Of a stretch of 64,000 nt of DNA, positions 51,065 to 60,578 are shown one piece after another. Made by a program: the position numbers and the translations under genes. Origin of the DNA: Verrucomicrobiota bacterium (GTDB lineage Bacteria; Verrucomicrobiota; Verrucomicrobiia; Methylacidiphilales; UBA1321); NCBI GenBank assembly GCA_038745425.1, contig JBCDLL010000007.1, positions 1,688-65,687 of the forward strand. The letters run 5' to 3'. Every line of letters begins with the position of its first letter. Positions within the stretch are counted from its first letter, which is position 1. Below the pieces are notes generated by a model. It had not been told where the DNA came from and made no database searches. It worked only from the letters and a program-made list of their open reading frames with translations.

Positions 51065-53239
51065 TCAGGGATCGGCCGACCCGTAGATTTCCATCTCGTA
51101 GAGCTTGAGGTAGAGGTTCTGGCTCGTGATGTTAAACCTCAACTTGGTGCAGGACACCGGCGTGAAGGTGGCGGTGATCACGTTTTCGCCGGAGACCGCC
51201 GCGCTCGAAGCGACTTGCGACCAGGCGGAACCGTCCCAGACCTCGATGTTCCAGTCACCGATGCGGTCGGTCTGCTGCGTCATCACCAACTGGTCGACGG
51301 TGTGCGAGGACCCAAAGTCGATCTCGATCCACTGCGGACTGTCGTAGCCGGTGAAGAAGCGGCCGCTGTTGGTGTAGTTGCCGTCGGTCAGCGCGGCGGG
51401 GTCGGCGTAGCTGGTGCCCGTGGAGCTGGCCGTGGGGGCCACCCCCAGGGCGACGTTCTCGTAGCTGGCCGGTGGTGGCGCCACGTAGGTGGAGCCATAG
51501 ATCTCCATCTCATAGAGTTTCAGGTACAGGTTTTGGGAGACGACGTTGAAGCGTACTTTGCTGGCCACCACCGGGCTAAAGCTGGCGGTAACGTCGTTCT
51601 GCCCGGATTCCGCAAGCGCAGAGGCCACTTGGACCCAACCCGAGCCGTCCCAGATTTCCACGTTCCAGTCGCCGATACGGTCGGTTTGCTGCACCATCAC
51701 GACTTGATCCACGACAAAGTCACCGCCCAGGTCCACTTCAATCCACTGCGGGCTATCGTAGTTGGTGAAAAAGCGACCGCTGTTGGTGTAGTCGCCGTCG
51801 GTCAGTGCTGCGGGATCGCCGTAGCTGCTATTCGGAGAACTGGCGGTAGGCACCAACCCGAGGGCAATATTGCCATAGGTGACCACGGTTTCCGGCAGCG
51901 GAATGTACTGCGGCGCTCCGGTCAGCATCACGTCCAGGGTGGCCGACGAGGTGGTGAGCGTGGTGGTGGCGCCAAAGATGTCGGTCACCACGTAGTCACC
52001 GGCCTCCCCGACCGGCACCGCCACCACGTGGTCGACCGGACGGCGGGTGTTCAGGGCGCCGGTCTTCTCGGGCGTGGTCCAGACGACCAGCTTCTTGTCG
52101 CCAGCGGCGTTGACGAAGAGCGCCGCGAAGTCGAGCACATCGCCCAGGTCAATCCGTTCCTGGAAGGAGTAGCCGTTGAGTTCGGTGGTCAGCACCTGCG
52201 CGGCGGTAAAGGTGGGCCGCTCGGTCAGGTTGTTCTCCAGCACGCCCCATTCGGGGTCGGTCAGTTCATACCAGATGCCCAGCTGCACGTCGCTCATCGC
52301 ATCGATCAGATTTTGCCGGACAAACTGCCAGGCCTGCACATCCTCGACCTGGGCGGTGGTGAAGCCGCGGGCCGTCAGCCAGCCTTCCGGGTAGCCCACC
52401 TCGCTGCTGATCATGGCGACGTCGGTGCCGCCGTTGTCGTCGAGCAACTGACGGATAACGGGGTAGCCCTCCAGCATGGCCAGTTCCGGCCAACGGAAGC
52501 CGTAGGGATGGACGGAGATGGCGTCGATGTCGGCGTTGAGCAGGCCCACCTCGATGCAGCGCTCGAACCAGCTAAAGGACTGGGACCAGAGCGCGGAGAT
52601 GGAGCAGACCGCGATCCGGCAGTTCGGGTCGGCCGTCTTCATGGCCGGGACGGCGTCGAGCACCAGCGCGGTGTACTCCTCGGCCATCTCGTCGGTGTTG
52701 CTCTTGTTTTCGGGGTTCTCGTGCCAGAAGGAGCGCAGGTTGGGCTCGTTCCAGATTTCCCAGATGATGTCCTTGCCCTGGTAGCGGCTGACGACGTCGG
52801 CCGCAAAGTTAGCGTAGGCATCCCGGCCGGCCTGGGTGACGATGGCGCGGTCCCAGATGTCTTCGTAGATGCGGTTGTTCCAGACAACGGTGATGACCAT
52901 GGTAAAACCCCGCGACTCCATGTCGTTGATCCACGAGTCCGTCGTGCTCCAGTCGTAGACCCCCTGGCTGGTTTCAATGTTGGCCCAGTAGATGCCCTTG
53001 CGCACAACCTTGACCCCGCTGGCCTGGGCCTTGTCCAGAGCGGCCGTGGTCATGTCGCCGTTCTTCAGCTGGAAGCCCACCCCCAGCGGGAACTCGGTCC
53101 CCAGGGTGGTTTGCGCCTGGAGCTGCGATGGGGCCACACCCAGACAGAAGAGGATCAGCAGTGCAAAAACGGCTTGGACTACCGCTGTCAAGCGGCCACC
53201 AAGAGTAGTGGAAGGTAAATCATTCAACGTGTTTTTCAT
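51065..53239 (-). CDS. secreted clan GH-A glycoside hydrolase with two C-terminal F5/8 type C (CBM32-like) domains
   Basis: Signal peptide. The TIM-barrel acid/base motif IIWEIWNEPN and a probable nucleophile in ISSEVGYPEGW. Two 138-aa discoidin-like repeats (AALTDGxYTNSGRFFTxYDSPQWIExD). Confidence 0.85.
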   Translation of the reverse strand: MKNTLNDLPSTTLGGRLTAVVQAVFALLILFCLGVAPSQLQAQTTLGTEFPLGVGFQLKNGDMTTAALDKAQASGVKVVRKGIYWANIETSQGVYDWSTTDSWINDMESRGFTMVITVVWNNRIYEDIWDRAIVTQAGRDAYANFAADVVSRYQGKDIIWEIWNEPNLRSFWHENPENKSNTDEMAEEYTALVLDAVPAMKTADPNCRIAVCSISALWSQSFSWFERCIEVGLLNADIDAISVHPYGFRWPELAMLEGYPVIRQLLDDNGGTDVAMISSEVGYPEGWLTARGFTTAQVEDVQAWQFVRQNLIDAMSDVQLGIWYELTDPEWGVLENNLTERPTFTAAQVLTTELNGYSFQERIDLGDVLDFAALFVNAAGDKKLVVWTTPEKTGALNTRRPVDHVVAVPVGEAGDYVVTDIFGATTTLTTSSATLDVMLTGAPQYIPLPETVVTYGNIALGLVPTASSPNSSYGDPAALTDGDYTNSGRFFTNYDSPQWIEVDLGGDFVVDQVVMVQQTDRIGDWNVEIWDGSGWVQVASALAESGQNDVTASFSPVVASKVRFNVVSQNLYLKLYEMEIYGSTYVAPPPASYENVALGVAPTASSTGTSYADPAALTDGNYTNSGRFFTGYDSPQWIEIDFGSSHTVDQLVMTQQTDRIGDWNIEVWDGSAWSQVASSAAVSGENVITATFTPVSCTKLRFNITSQNLYLKLYEMEIYGSADP
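51068..51895 (-). repeat. in-gene tandem duplication (2 x 414 bp) encoding the two CBM32-like domains
   Basis: DNA segments beginning at 51083 and 51497 align with many identities (GTAGATTTCCATCTCGTAGAGCTTGAGGTAGAGGTT vs ATAGATCTCCATCTCATAGAGTTTCAGGTACAGGTT). Confidence 0.8.
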
Positions 53240-53577
53240 GAGATTTATCGGGCAATAGGGTTGGATTAGTTCAAGCAGATTCGATCGTAAGAATTACCTT
53301 CGAAGATACAACTTGAAACGATAGTCCCTGTGTGAGGTTGCGCTGCCGATATTCGACATGGCCTTAAAATCCATCTTAAATTGCTGCTAGCCAAATATTT
53401 GTAAAAATAACGATAGAATGTGAAGCTGCCTAAATAAAACCAAAATAGGCAAACTTTATACAGCTTTACTCCTATAAAGTGCTTGGCGTCGCTTAGACAA
53501 TCTTTATGGTAATTCCTGTATTCGCAGTGAATATCCGTCGCGATACACCTTACTTAACCACTTAACAGGAGAGCATC
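53240..53577. promoter_or_regulatory. AT-rich divergent promoter region between the two secreted glycoside hydrolase genes
   Basis: Markedly AT-rich relative to the rest of the window. AGGAGA lies 6 nt before ATG 53578. Inverted repeat CTTTATA-N12-TATAAAG at 53454-53479. Confidence 0.45.
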
Positions 53578-56500
53578 ATGTCCCCATCTTACTGGAAACA
53601 CACCCTCTGGATTCTCTGTACTCTAATCATCGGCCTCACGGCAGCTCCCGCCGCCACTTTATACTGGAACAAAGACACGACCCAAGGTACGCAATGGACC
53701 TTTGGGCCCAACTGGGCCACCGGCAGCCAGGGGGGAGCGGCCGCCACCCAGGCTCCTCAGCCCACCGACAATGTGCTGATCAATCAGTTCTGCACGGAAG
53801 CCGACCCGGTTGTCTTCAACGCCGGCTCGGCGCAAAACATCAAGGCGTTTACCATGGGCCATAGCGCGGGCGATGCCGGTTATCTCACCATCAGGAAATC
53901 CCGCCTGATCTTCGACAGCGGCAGCACTTACATCGGCAGAGGTGGCATCGGCTTGCTCAGAATCGAATCCGCCAAACGGATCGAAAAGTACTCTGGCGGC
54001 TTTGTTCTGGGCAACGACGTCGGTTCCTCGGGCACCATTCTGCTCGATCCCAACGCCGCCATCTTCCTGCGCGGCAACAATGCAGGTCTCACCATTGGTA
54101 AGGACGGCGAAGGCTCCTTGCTGCTCGCAAACAACTCCAAGCTCTATCTGGAAACCAACTTCAAGAGTGTCAACGTGGGCATCTACAGCGGCACCGGCAT
54201 CATCGACATGCGCGGCGGGCGTATCCTGGCCGACAACGCCACCAGCACCCAAAACCTCAAGCTTGGCTACAATGGCGGCACGGGCAGCGGCAACGCCTAC
54301 TTGCAGGGCTACGGCGACGTCAAGCTGCTCAACCCCGTCAACAACATTGGCAAACTCATGGTTGGGGGTGGGGTGATCGGCGACGGCACCGCGACCGACG
54401 AAACGGTGAGCAACCAAACCCTGGACATCATCAATTACAGCCACCTGATTACCGGCAGCAACACGCCCGGTTCCACCTTTTTCGGCTACTTCACGAGTAA
54501 CCAGGGCGCGATCTCCCTGCCGGATATGGACATTAGCTCTTCCAAAACCAACATCTTTTGGGGCGACGACCAAACCGCTCCCGGCCGCTACACGATCGGC
54601 AACAGCATGGCCAATGGCACCAACGTGCTGCTCAACAGCGCCTACCTGCGCCGCCCAAGCGGGGGCAGCGCTCTGACGCTGGACGTCTCGCTGCTCGACC
54701 CGACGCGGACGCAGAAGGCGAACGAAACGGGCACCTTGCTGGCCAATAACACCGGCGTGGACTTCCTCAACATCTGGCAGGTGGACGTCTCCGGCGGCGC
54801 GCTTGACCTCAACATGTTTGCCGTGCGCTACGACGAGACGGAGGAAACCAACGGCGCCGGCAACTTCGACTCCCTGGACGGCTTCTACTACTGGGACGGC
54901 AGCGCCGGCACCTGGACGGACCTGACCGGGGACTCCTCGATCGACACCGCCAACTTCCTGGCCAACTACAACGGCTCCATCACCATCCCCAACGGCTCCT
55001 CGGGCTTCTTTGCCCTGGCCGCCAGCGGCGGTTCCCTGAGCCCCTTCGGGATTGCGATTGGCGGCGAGCCCTTCGGCCAGTACCCCACGTTCTTCCCGCT
55101 CATGGATCAAGTCGACATCGTCGGGGCGCGGGGCTTCCCCAACTGGAACGTGATCGAACCGACCAACGACGCCTGGAACTGGACCGTGGCCGACAACTAC
55201 CTCGACTCGGCCGAAGCCAACAACATCAACGTCAGCGGGGTCTTCGCCTTTGCGACCAACTGGGCGGCCCCTTCCCAAAAGCACTTCCCCATGTCCAACC
55301 TGCCGGAGTGGGAGGAGTACGTCGGCGAAGTGACCAAGCGCTACGCCGGCCGGGTCAAGTACTGGGAGGTGTGGAACGAGCCCAACGCCGGCTCCTTTAA
55401 CGCCGGCAACAACAGCGCCGCCGACTACGCGACCCTCCTGCGCCTGGCCTACGCCGCCGCCAAGGCGGAGGACCCCGACGCCCAGATCGGCATCTCCATC
55501 GCCAACTTCCACGTGGACTATATCCGCGCGGTGATCACGGCGCTCGGTAACCAAGGCGCCGCAGACAGCTTCGACTTCATTGCCGTGCATCCCTACGAAC
55601 TCGCCGGCAAGATGAACGAAGGCGACGGCGAAATGTACTACCTCAACATCGTGCCCGCCCTGCGCCAAATGCTGGCCGTGCACGCCCCCAGCAAGGTCAA
55701 CGTCCCGATCTGGTTCACCGAACTGGGCGCGAAAATTGGCGGCAAGATCCAGGGCGAGACCATCGACGAAGACCTCGCGGCGGAGATCCTCGTCAAGGTC
55801 TACGCGCTGGGCATCGCGCAGGGGGCGGAACGGGTCTCCTGGTTTAACATCAAGGATGCCGGCGGCTCGCAGGGCTTCGGGCTGCTCAAGGGCAACAACA
55901 ACCCCCGTAAAACCTACACGGCCTACGACGCCATGACCGACGCCCTGGGCACCACGCCCAAGTACAAGGGCTGGCTGACCCCCGACAGCAACGGCTGGGG
56001 CTACGGTATCGTCTTCGACAACGCCGGCGCCAGCGCGATGGCCGCCTGGATGCCCAAGGGCGAAAGCGCTTCGGTCAGCTTCGGCACCACGGTGGAAGTC
56101 GTCGACATCAAGACCAACACCTCCACCAACGCCAGCAGCATCACGCTCACCGACGAGCCGGTGCTGATCAAGGGCCTGCCCGCCTCGATGGTCGCCACCG
56201 CCGAAGCCAACAAGAGCCAGCCCTTCCCCTGGAGCTCCCAACCGGTCAACGCCAACCTGGCCGAGATCGAGCTAGGCGAAATCACCATCGAGCGGGGCCT
56301 CGAGCTCGACCGCGCGCAGACGGTCTCGCCCAACGGCACCGGCACCAACGGCGTCATTGTCAGCCAGCCGGGCGTGGACCGCCGGCTCTACCTGAGCGTT
56401 TCCCCGTCCTTTATGGACTACAACACGGAAACGTTTCACATCCGCGTAACCTGTCGGCTGAAGGAGCTGCGCAACCCCAATGACCCTTCCCCCAACTACT

Positions 56501-56745
56501 CGGGCATGAACCTGTTCTACCAGGACAACGACGACAACGAAACCGCCACGCCCGTCCCCAAGGTTTACAACAACCTGTCGGGTTCCTGGCGCCCGATCCC
56601 GAACAACCTCAACACCCACACCTTCACCTGGACGGTGACCGACGGGATGATGGTGCACACCTTCGGGTACTCGTTCTACCTGAACTTCGACAGCTCCAAC
56701 CCGTTCATCATCGACAAGGTGGAGATCAGCAAGGTGCCGTTCTGA
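53578..56745 (+). CDS. large secreted protein: autotransporter-associated beta-strand repeat region + clan GH-A glycoside hydrolase domain + C-terminal beta domains
   Basis: Signal peptide. ATLYWNKDTTQGTQWTFGPNWATG and repeated G-rich beta-helix-like segments. The GH core has KYWEVWNEPN (acid/base) and PIWFTELG (nucleophile). Confidence 0.8.
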   Translation: MSPSYWKHTLWILCTLIIGLTAAPAATLYWNKDTTQGTQWTFGPNWATGSQGGAAATQAPQPTDNVLINQFCTEADPVVFNAGSAQNIKAFTMGHSAGDAGYLTIRKSRLIFDSGSTYIGRGGIGLLRIESAKRIEKYSGGFVLGNDVGSSGTILLDPNAAIFLRGNNAGLTIGKDGEGSLLLANNSKLYLETNFKSVNVGIYSGTGIIDMRGGRILADNATSTQNLKLGYNGGTGSGNAYLQGYGDVKLLNPVNNIGKLMVGGGVIGDGTATDETVSNQTLDIINYSHLITGSNTPGSTFFGYFTSNQGAISLPDMDISSSKTNIFWGDDQTAPGRYTIGNSMANGTNVLLNSAYLRRPSGGSALTLDVSLLDPTRTQKANETGTLLANNTGVDFLNIWQVDVSGGALDLNMFAVRYDETEETNGAGNFDSLDGFYYWDGSAGTWTDLTGDSSIDTANFLANYNGSITIPNGSSGFFALAASGGSLSPFGIAIGGEPFGQYPTFFPLMDQVDIVGARGFPNWNVIEPTNDAWNWTVADNYLDSAEANNINVSGVFAFATNWAAPSQKHFPMSNLPEWEEYVGEVTKRYAGRVKYWEVWNEPNAGSFNAGNNSAADYATLLRLAYAAAKAEDPDAQIGISIANFHVDYIRAVITALGNQGAADSFDFIAVHPYELAGKMNEGDGEMYYLNIVPALRQMLAVHAPSKVNVPIWFTELGAKIGGKIQGETIDEDLAAEILVKVYALGIAQGAERVSWFNIKDAGGSQGFGLLKGNNNPRKTYTAYDAMTDALGTTPKYKGWLTPDSNGWGYGIVFDNAGASAMAAWMPKGESASVSFGTTVEVVDIKTNTSTNASSITLTDEPVLIKGLPASMVATAEANKSQPFPWSSQPVNANLAEIELGEITIERGLELDRAQTVSPNGTGTNGVIVSQPGVDRRLYLSVSPSFMDYNTETFHIRVTCRLKELRNPNDPSPNYSGMNLFYQDNDDNETATPVPKVYNNLSGSWRPIPNNLNTHTFTWTVTDGMMVHTFGYSFYLNFDSSNPFIIDKVEISKVPF

Positions 56746-56754
56746 TCACCTCAG

Positions 56755-56796
56755 AACACCCCGCCTCCGGATCCCATCCGGGGGCAGGGGTGTTTT
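56755..56796 (+). terminator. long GC-rich hairpin + T-run downstream of the 1055-aa hydrolase gene
   Basis: AACACCCCGCCTCCGGAT-ccc-ATCCGGGGGCAGGGGTGTTTT forms a stem of about 17 bp with one bulge. Confidence 0.55.
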
Positions 56797-56815
56797 GACC
56801 TCGGCGGGGTGGCTT

Positions 56816-57559
56816 CTAGAAGTAGCCGCCCTTTTCCGTGATCTCGTGGATGGACTGGCCCTCCGCCACCCAGCCGAAGATTTTCTTCTCGTTGGCCTTG
56901 ATCTCCTCCGCGCGCCGCAGCACGTCGTGGGCGATCTCCCGCGGCACCACCAGCACGCCGTCGATGTCGCCCAGCACCACGTCGCCGGGCTTGATGGTGA
57001 CGTCACCGATCTTGATCGGGATCTGGTAATGCGTGATAAGGCAGCGGCCCAGGCTGCCGTTGGAGACGCGGTACTTGTAGAAGACGGGAAAGTCGCTTTC
57101 CAGAATCTGGTGGGTGTCGCGGATGCCGCCGTCGATGCAGGCCGCCTTGACGCCGAGGCCCTTCGCTGTGGCCGTCATCACCCCGCCCCAGAGCGTGGCC
57201 TTGGCGTCCTGGCTGGTGTCCCAAACCACGAAGGAATTGGCGTGCAGCTCGTCGAGCATTTGCGTGCGGTACTCCATCTCGCCGCTGATCTTCACGTTGG
57301 GCGCGCTCTTCACCGTAAAGGCCAGGCCCGCCACCGTCCGGTATTCGCGCAGCGGCAGGATGTGCCCGGGCAGCGCCTGGTCCAGCCGGCAGAACTCGCG
57401 CAGCACGTCGTTGACCGCGCCCGTGTAGAGCTGCTCGAATCGCCCGAGCAGCTCGGCGTCGGGAATCGGGAAGGGATCGCGGTTGACGCTTTCGCGGGCT
57501 TCAACCAGTTGCTCGAGATTCATCATCCCGACCTCTTTTTTGTAGGCATCAATTGACAT
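56816..57559 (-). CDS. RraA family protein (RraA / HMG-CHA aldolase-like)
   Basis: Start at MSIDAYKK. WGGVMTATAKGLGVKAACIDGGIRD and GDVVLGDIDGVLVVP motifs. Confidence 0.85.
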   Translation of the reverse strand: MSIDAYKKEVGMMNLEQLVEARESVNRDPFPIPDAELLGRFEQLYTGAVNDVLREFCRLDQALPGHILPLREYRTVAGLAFTVKSAPNVKISGEMEYRTQMLDELHANSFVVWDTSQDAKATLWGGVMTATAKGLGVKAACIDGGIRDTHQILESDFPVFYKYRVSNGSLGRCLITHYQIPIKIGDVTIKPGDVVLGDIDGVLVVPREIAHDVLRRAEEIKANEKKIFGWVAEGQSIHEITEKGGYF

Positions 57560-57591
57560 GGCAGGTGGCGTGGAGGTTGGCGGGTTCGATC

Positions 57592-58347
57592 TTAAAGGGA
57601 CAAGCCCCCATCGACGTAAAGGCTGTGGCCGGTGATGTAGCGGCCCGCGTCGGAGCAAAGCAAAAGAGCGGCACCCGCGCAGTCCTCCGGCTCGCCGACC
57701 GCGCCCAGCGGAATCTTCCGGCGGACCCGGTCGACCGTCCCGGGTTCAGAAAGCGGCTTTGCGTTTCGGTCGGTGCGGATGACGCCAGGCGCCAGGTTGT
57801 TGCAGGTGACGCCATCGGGCGCGAGCTGCTTGGCCAGGTTCAGGACCAGGCTCGTTTGGGCCGCCTTCATCGCCGCGTAGACCGCCATCTGCGGATGCGG
57901 CAACACTTCCTGCACGCTGCCGATTGTCAGCAACCGGCCCCACCCGCGATTCTGCATCGGCGGCACTAAGGTCTGGATCAGCTCCAGCGTGGCTTGAAAG
58001 TTGACGCGGATCTGCCGTGCGGTGTCCTCCGGGGTGATTTCCGCCCAAGGCGACAGAATTTGGATCGACGCGCACAACACCAGGATGTCGACCGGTCCGG
58101 CTGCGAGGGCGGCTTCGGCCAGCGCCCGGCCGCCGCCTTCCTCTGCCAGATCGCTGAAGAGGAAGTCCGCCCCCGGCCCGCGCGCTCCCACTTCGCGGCG
58201 GACGGATTCGGCCACGTCCGGTGTCTCCAGGCCATGCAGCCGCACCACGGCACCGGCGTCGGCCATGGCCAGCGCGATCGCCCGGCCAATGCCGCGGCTG
58301 GAGCCGGTCAGCAGGGCGGTTTTGCCTTCCAGAGAGAGTGTCTTCAT
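57592..58347 (-). CDS. SDR family oxidoreductase
   Basis: TGSSRGIGRAIA cofactor motif and the YAAMKAA catalytic YxxxK. Confidence 0.9.
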   Translation of the reverse strand: MKTLSLEGKTALLTGSSRGIGRAIALAMADAGAVVRLHGLETPDVAESVRREVGARGPGADFLFSDLAEEGGGRALAEAALAAGPVDILVLCASIQILSPWAEITPEDTARQIRVNFQATLELIQTLVPPMQNRGWGRLLTIGSVQEVLPHPQMAVYAAMKAAQTSLVLNLAKQLAPDGVTCNNLAPGVIRTDRNAKPLSEPGTVDRVRRKIPLGAVGEPEDCAGAALLLCSDAGRYITGHSLYVDGGLSL

Positions 58348-58409
58348 CGGTTGGTTTTCATGAATAGATTCGGAGGGTGTTTTCGTGCAAATTCATTTTG
58401 AAAATATCT

Positions 58410-59174
58410 TTATCCAATTTGATAATTGATGTGCCGACCCAGGGGCCGATCCCCCTCGATCAGATTAAAGCTGGGCCGGAAGGCTTTCAGCGTGCGTTCG
58501 ATCTTTTTCCGGGCGATGCCGACAAAGTCCTCCGGCCACCCGACCAAACTCAGCGCCACCGGGACCTCGGCCGGAAGGGCGATGGAGACCGCGTAAATGG
58601 AGGGGTGGTCCGTGCCGTAAGCCCGGGCCAGGCGCTGGCGCTGCGCGTCGGCGGCGGCCTTGAGCAACTTCTTGCGGACGGATGGCTTCAGCTTTTTGAG
58701 CGCTTGCTTGCGTTCCTCGGCCGGCAGCACCGCCAGCAGCATCACGCCGGAAGAGCCGGCCTCGGCGAGAGGAATCCGCGAGCCGACCGGAGACACGATG
58801 CTGTTGGGCCGCTGGGTCTTCGACCGCAGCGCGATGACCGCTTCGCCCGCTTCCAGAATCGAAATCTTGGCCGAAAGGCCGGTCATTTCCGCCAACGCCT
58901 CCAGCTTGGGCTTGATCTGGGCCAGGCGGTTCTCAAGGGCCGTCCAGCGGCGCGCCAGCCGAACCAGCTCGTAGGCCGGGCGGTAAAGCCCGTTGCCGCC
59001 TTCGCGCAGCCAGCCACATTTCACCAGCGTGCGCAGGATGCGGTAGCACGTCGCCTGCGGAATGTTGAGCTGCAGCACCAGTTCCTTGGCGGTGAGGCCC
59101 TCGTCACTTTCCGCCACCGCGGCCAAAAGATCGGCCACACGCTCCAAAACGGGGATGGTCTGAGGGGACGCCAT
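58410..59174 (-). CDS. IclR family transcriptional regulator
   Basis: N-terminal wHTH VLERVADLLAAVAESDEGLTAKELVLQLNIPQATCYRILRTL and an IclR effector domain. Confidence 0.9.
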   Translation of the reverse strand: MASPQTIPVLERVADLLAAVAESDEGLTAKELVLQLNIPQATCYRILRTLVKCGWLREGGNGLYRPAYELVRLARRWTALENRLAQIKPKLEALAEMTGLSAKISILEAGEAVIALRSKTQRPNSIVSPVGSRIPLAEAGSSGVMLLAVLPAEERKQALKKLKPSVRKKLLKAAADAQRQRLARAYGTDHPSIYAVSIALPAEVPVALSLVGWPEDFVGIARKKIERTLKAFRPSFNLIEGDRPLGRHINYQIG

Positions 59175-59179
59175 TCCTT

Positions 59180-59197
59180 ATTATCATAAATGATAAT
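59180..59197. promoter_or_regulatory. palindrome ATTATCAT-AA-ATGATAAT in the iclR / GH10 divergent promoter region
   Basis: Perfect 8-bp arms, 6 nt upstream of the iclR start codon. Confidence 0.4.
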
Positions 59198-59279
59198 TAA
59201 TTTGTCAAATAAAGGTTGTGCGGACCGCCTCCGAGACCGAAATTAATGGGCCGGGAATCAACTCTCCCGGCCACTCCCC

Positions 59280-60578
59280 ATGAACCTCACCCCCTTTGAC
59301 CACCCCAACAGCTACCGCCACCTCTGGAACGATCCCGCCATCGAACAGCGCATCGCCGAGGGCATCGAAACCCACCGCAAGAGCGACGCCACCGTGCGCG
59401 TTGTGGACGCGGAGGGTCGTCCCCGGCCCGGCGCGCGCGTCCACGTTCAGCAGCAGGACTCGTCCTTCCACTTCGGCGCCAACATCTTCAAGCTCCGGGA
59501 TTACGACTCGGACCAACTGAACGCCGCTTACGAGGAGGCCTACACCGGCCTCTTTAACGCGGCCACCGTGCCCTTTTACTGGAAGGACCTGGAGCCGGAA
59601 CCGGGCCGCCTGCGCTTTGCCGCCGACAGCCCGCGCATTGCCCGGCGGCCGCCGCCCGACCTGGTGATCGACTTTTGCCGGCAACACGGCCTGCGCATGC
59701 ACGGCCACACGCTGGTTTGGTCCCTCAACCAGCACATGGTGCCGGACTGGGTGAGCGACGACCTGCCCGAAGCCGCGCGGCTCTGGGAGAAACGCATCCG
59801 CGAGATCGCCGAGCGCTACGGCGACGTCATCAAGCGCTGGGACGTGGTCAACGAAGCCTGCTCCGGAATGCAGCCGCCCCAGGTTCGGGTCATGCCGGAG
59901 GACTACGTTTACCAGGCCTTCGAGTCGGCGCGACGCTACTTCCCCGCCGACGTGCGCTTCGACATCAACGAGACCTCCGGCTACTGGTATCCCCACAAGC
60001 GCTTTTACCCGAATCAAATCAAGGAACTGATCGACCGCGACGCCGCGCTCGGCGGGATTGGCCTGCAGTTCCACCTCTTTACCGACCAGGAGATGGCCCG
60101 CGCCATGCTGGGCGAGCTGCATCCGCCGCGTTACCTCTTTGAGTCGCTCGACCTTTACGGCGCCTTCGGCCGGCCGCTCCACATCAGCGAGATCACCCTG
60201 ACCTCGCCCGAGAACAGCAAAGCGGGCCTGGCCGCGCAGGCCGACCTGGCGCGCAACTGCTACCGGCTTTGGTTCAGCCACCCCGCAGTGGAAGGCATCA
60301 GCTGGTGGAACGTGCCCGACGGCGGCGCCACGCCAACCGAGAACACGGTCTTCTCCGGCCTGCTCTTCGACGACATGTCGCCCAAGCCGGCCTACGAGAC
60401 GCTGCGTCAGCTCATCCATGAGGACTGGCGGACCGAAGCCACCGGCGAAACCGACGCGGACGGTTGCTTCCGCTTTCGCGGTTTTCATGGTCACTACGAC
60501 GTGAGCGCATCTGGCGCGACGAGCCATGCGCTGACCCTGGAACCGGGAGCGGCCGCCACCTGGGAGGTCACGACATGA
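59280..60578 (+). CDS. glycoside hydrolase family 10-like protein, no signal peptide
   Basis: GHTLVWSLNQHMVPDW, WDVVNEA (acid/base), GLQFHL and HISEITLT (nucleophile region) match the GH10 pattern. Confidence 0.75.
   Translation: MNLTPFDHPNSYRHLWNDPAIEQRIAEGIETHRKSDATVRVVDAEGRPRPGARVHVQQQDSSFHFGANIFKLRDYDSDQLNAAYEEAYTGLFNAATVPFYWKDLEPEPGRLRFAADSPRIARRPPPDLVIDFCRQHGLRMHGHTLVWSLNQHMVPDWVSDDLPEAARLWEKRIREIAERYGDVIKRWDVVNEACSGMQPPQVRVMPEDYVYQAFESARRYFPADVRFDINETSGYWYPHKRFYPNQIKELIDRDAALGGIGLQFHLFTDQEMARAMLGELHPPRYLFESLDLYGAFGRPLHISEITLTSPENSKAGLAAQADLARNCYRLWFSHPAVEGISWWNVPDGGATPTENTVFSGLLFDDMSPKPAYETLRQLIHEDWRTEATGETDADGCFRFRGFHGHYDVSASGATSHALTLEPGAAATWEVTT

Noticed and set aside
57570-57600. 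tRNA-like T-arm sequence GGCGGGTTCGATC
   Set aside because: There is no complementary 3' half of the T-stem, acceptor stem or anticodon arm. It lies in the spacer or overlap region of the RraA-like and SDR genes.
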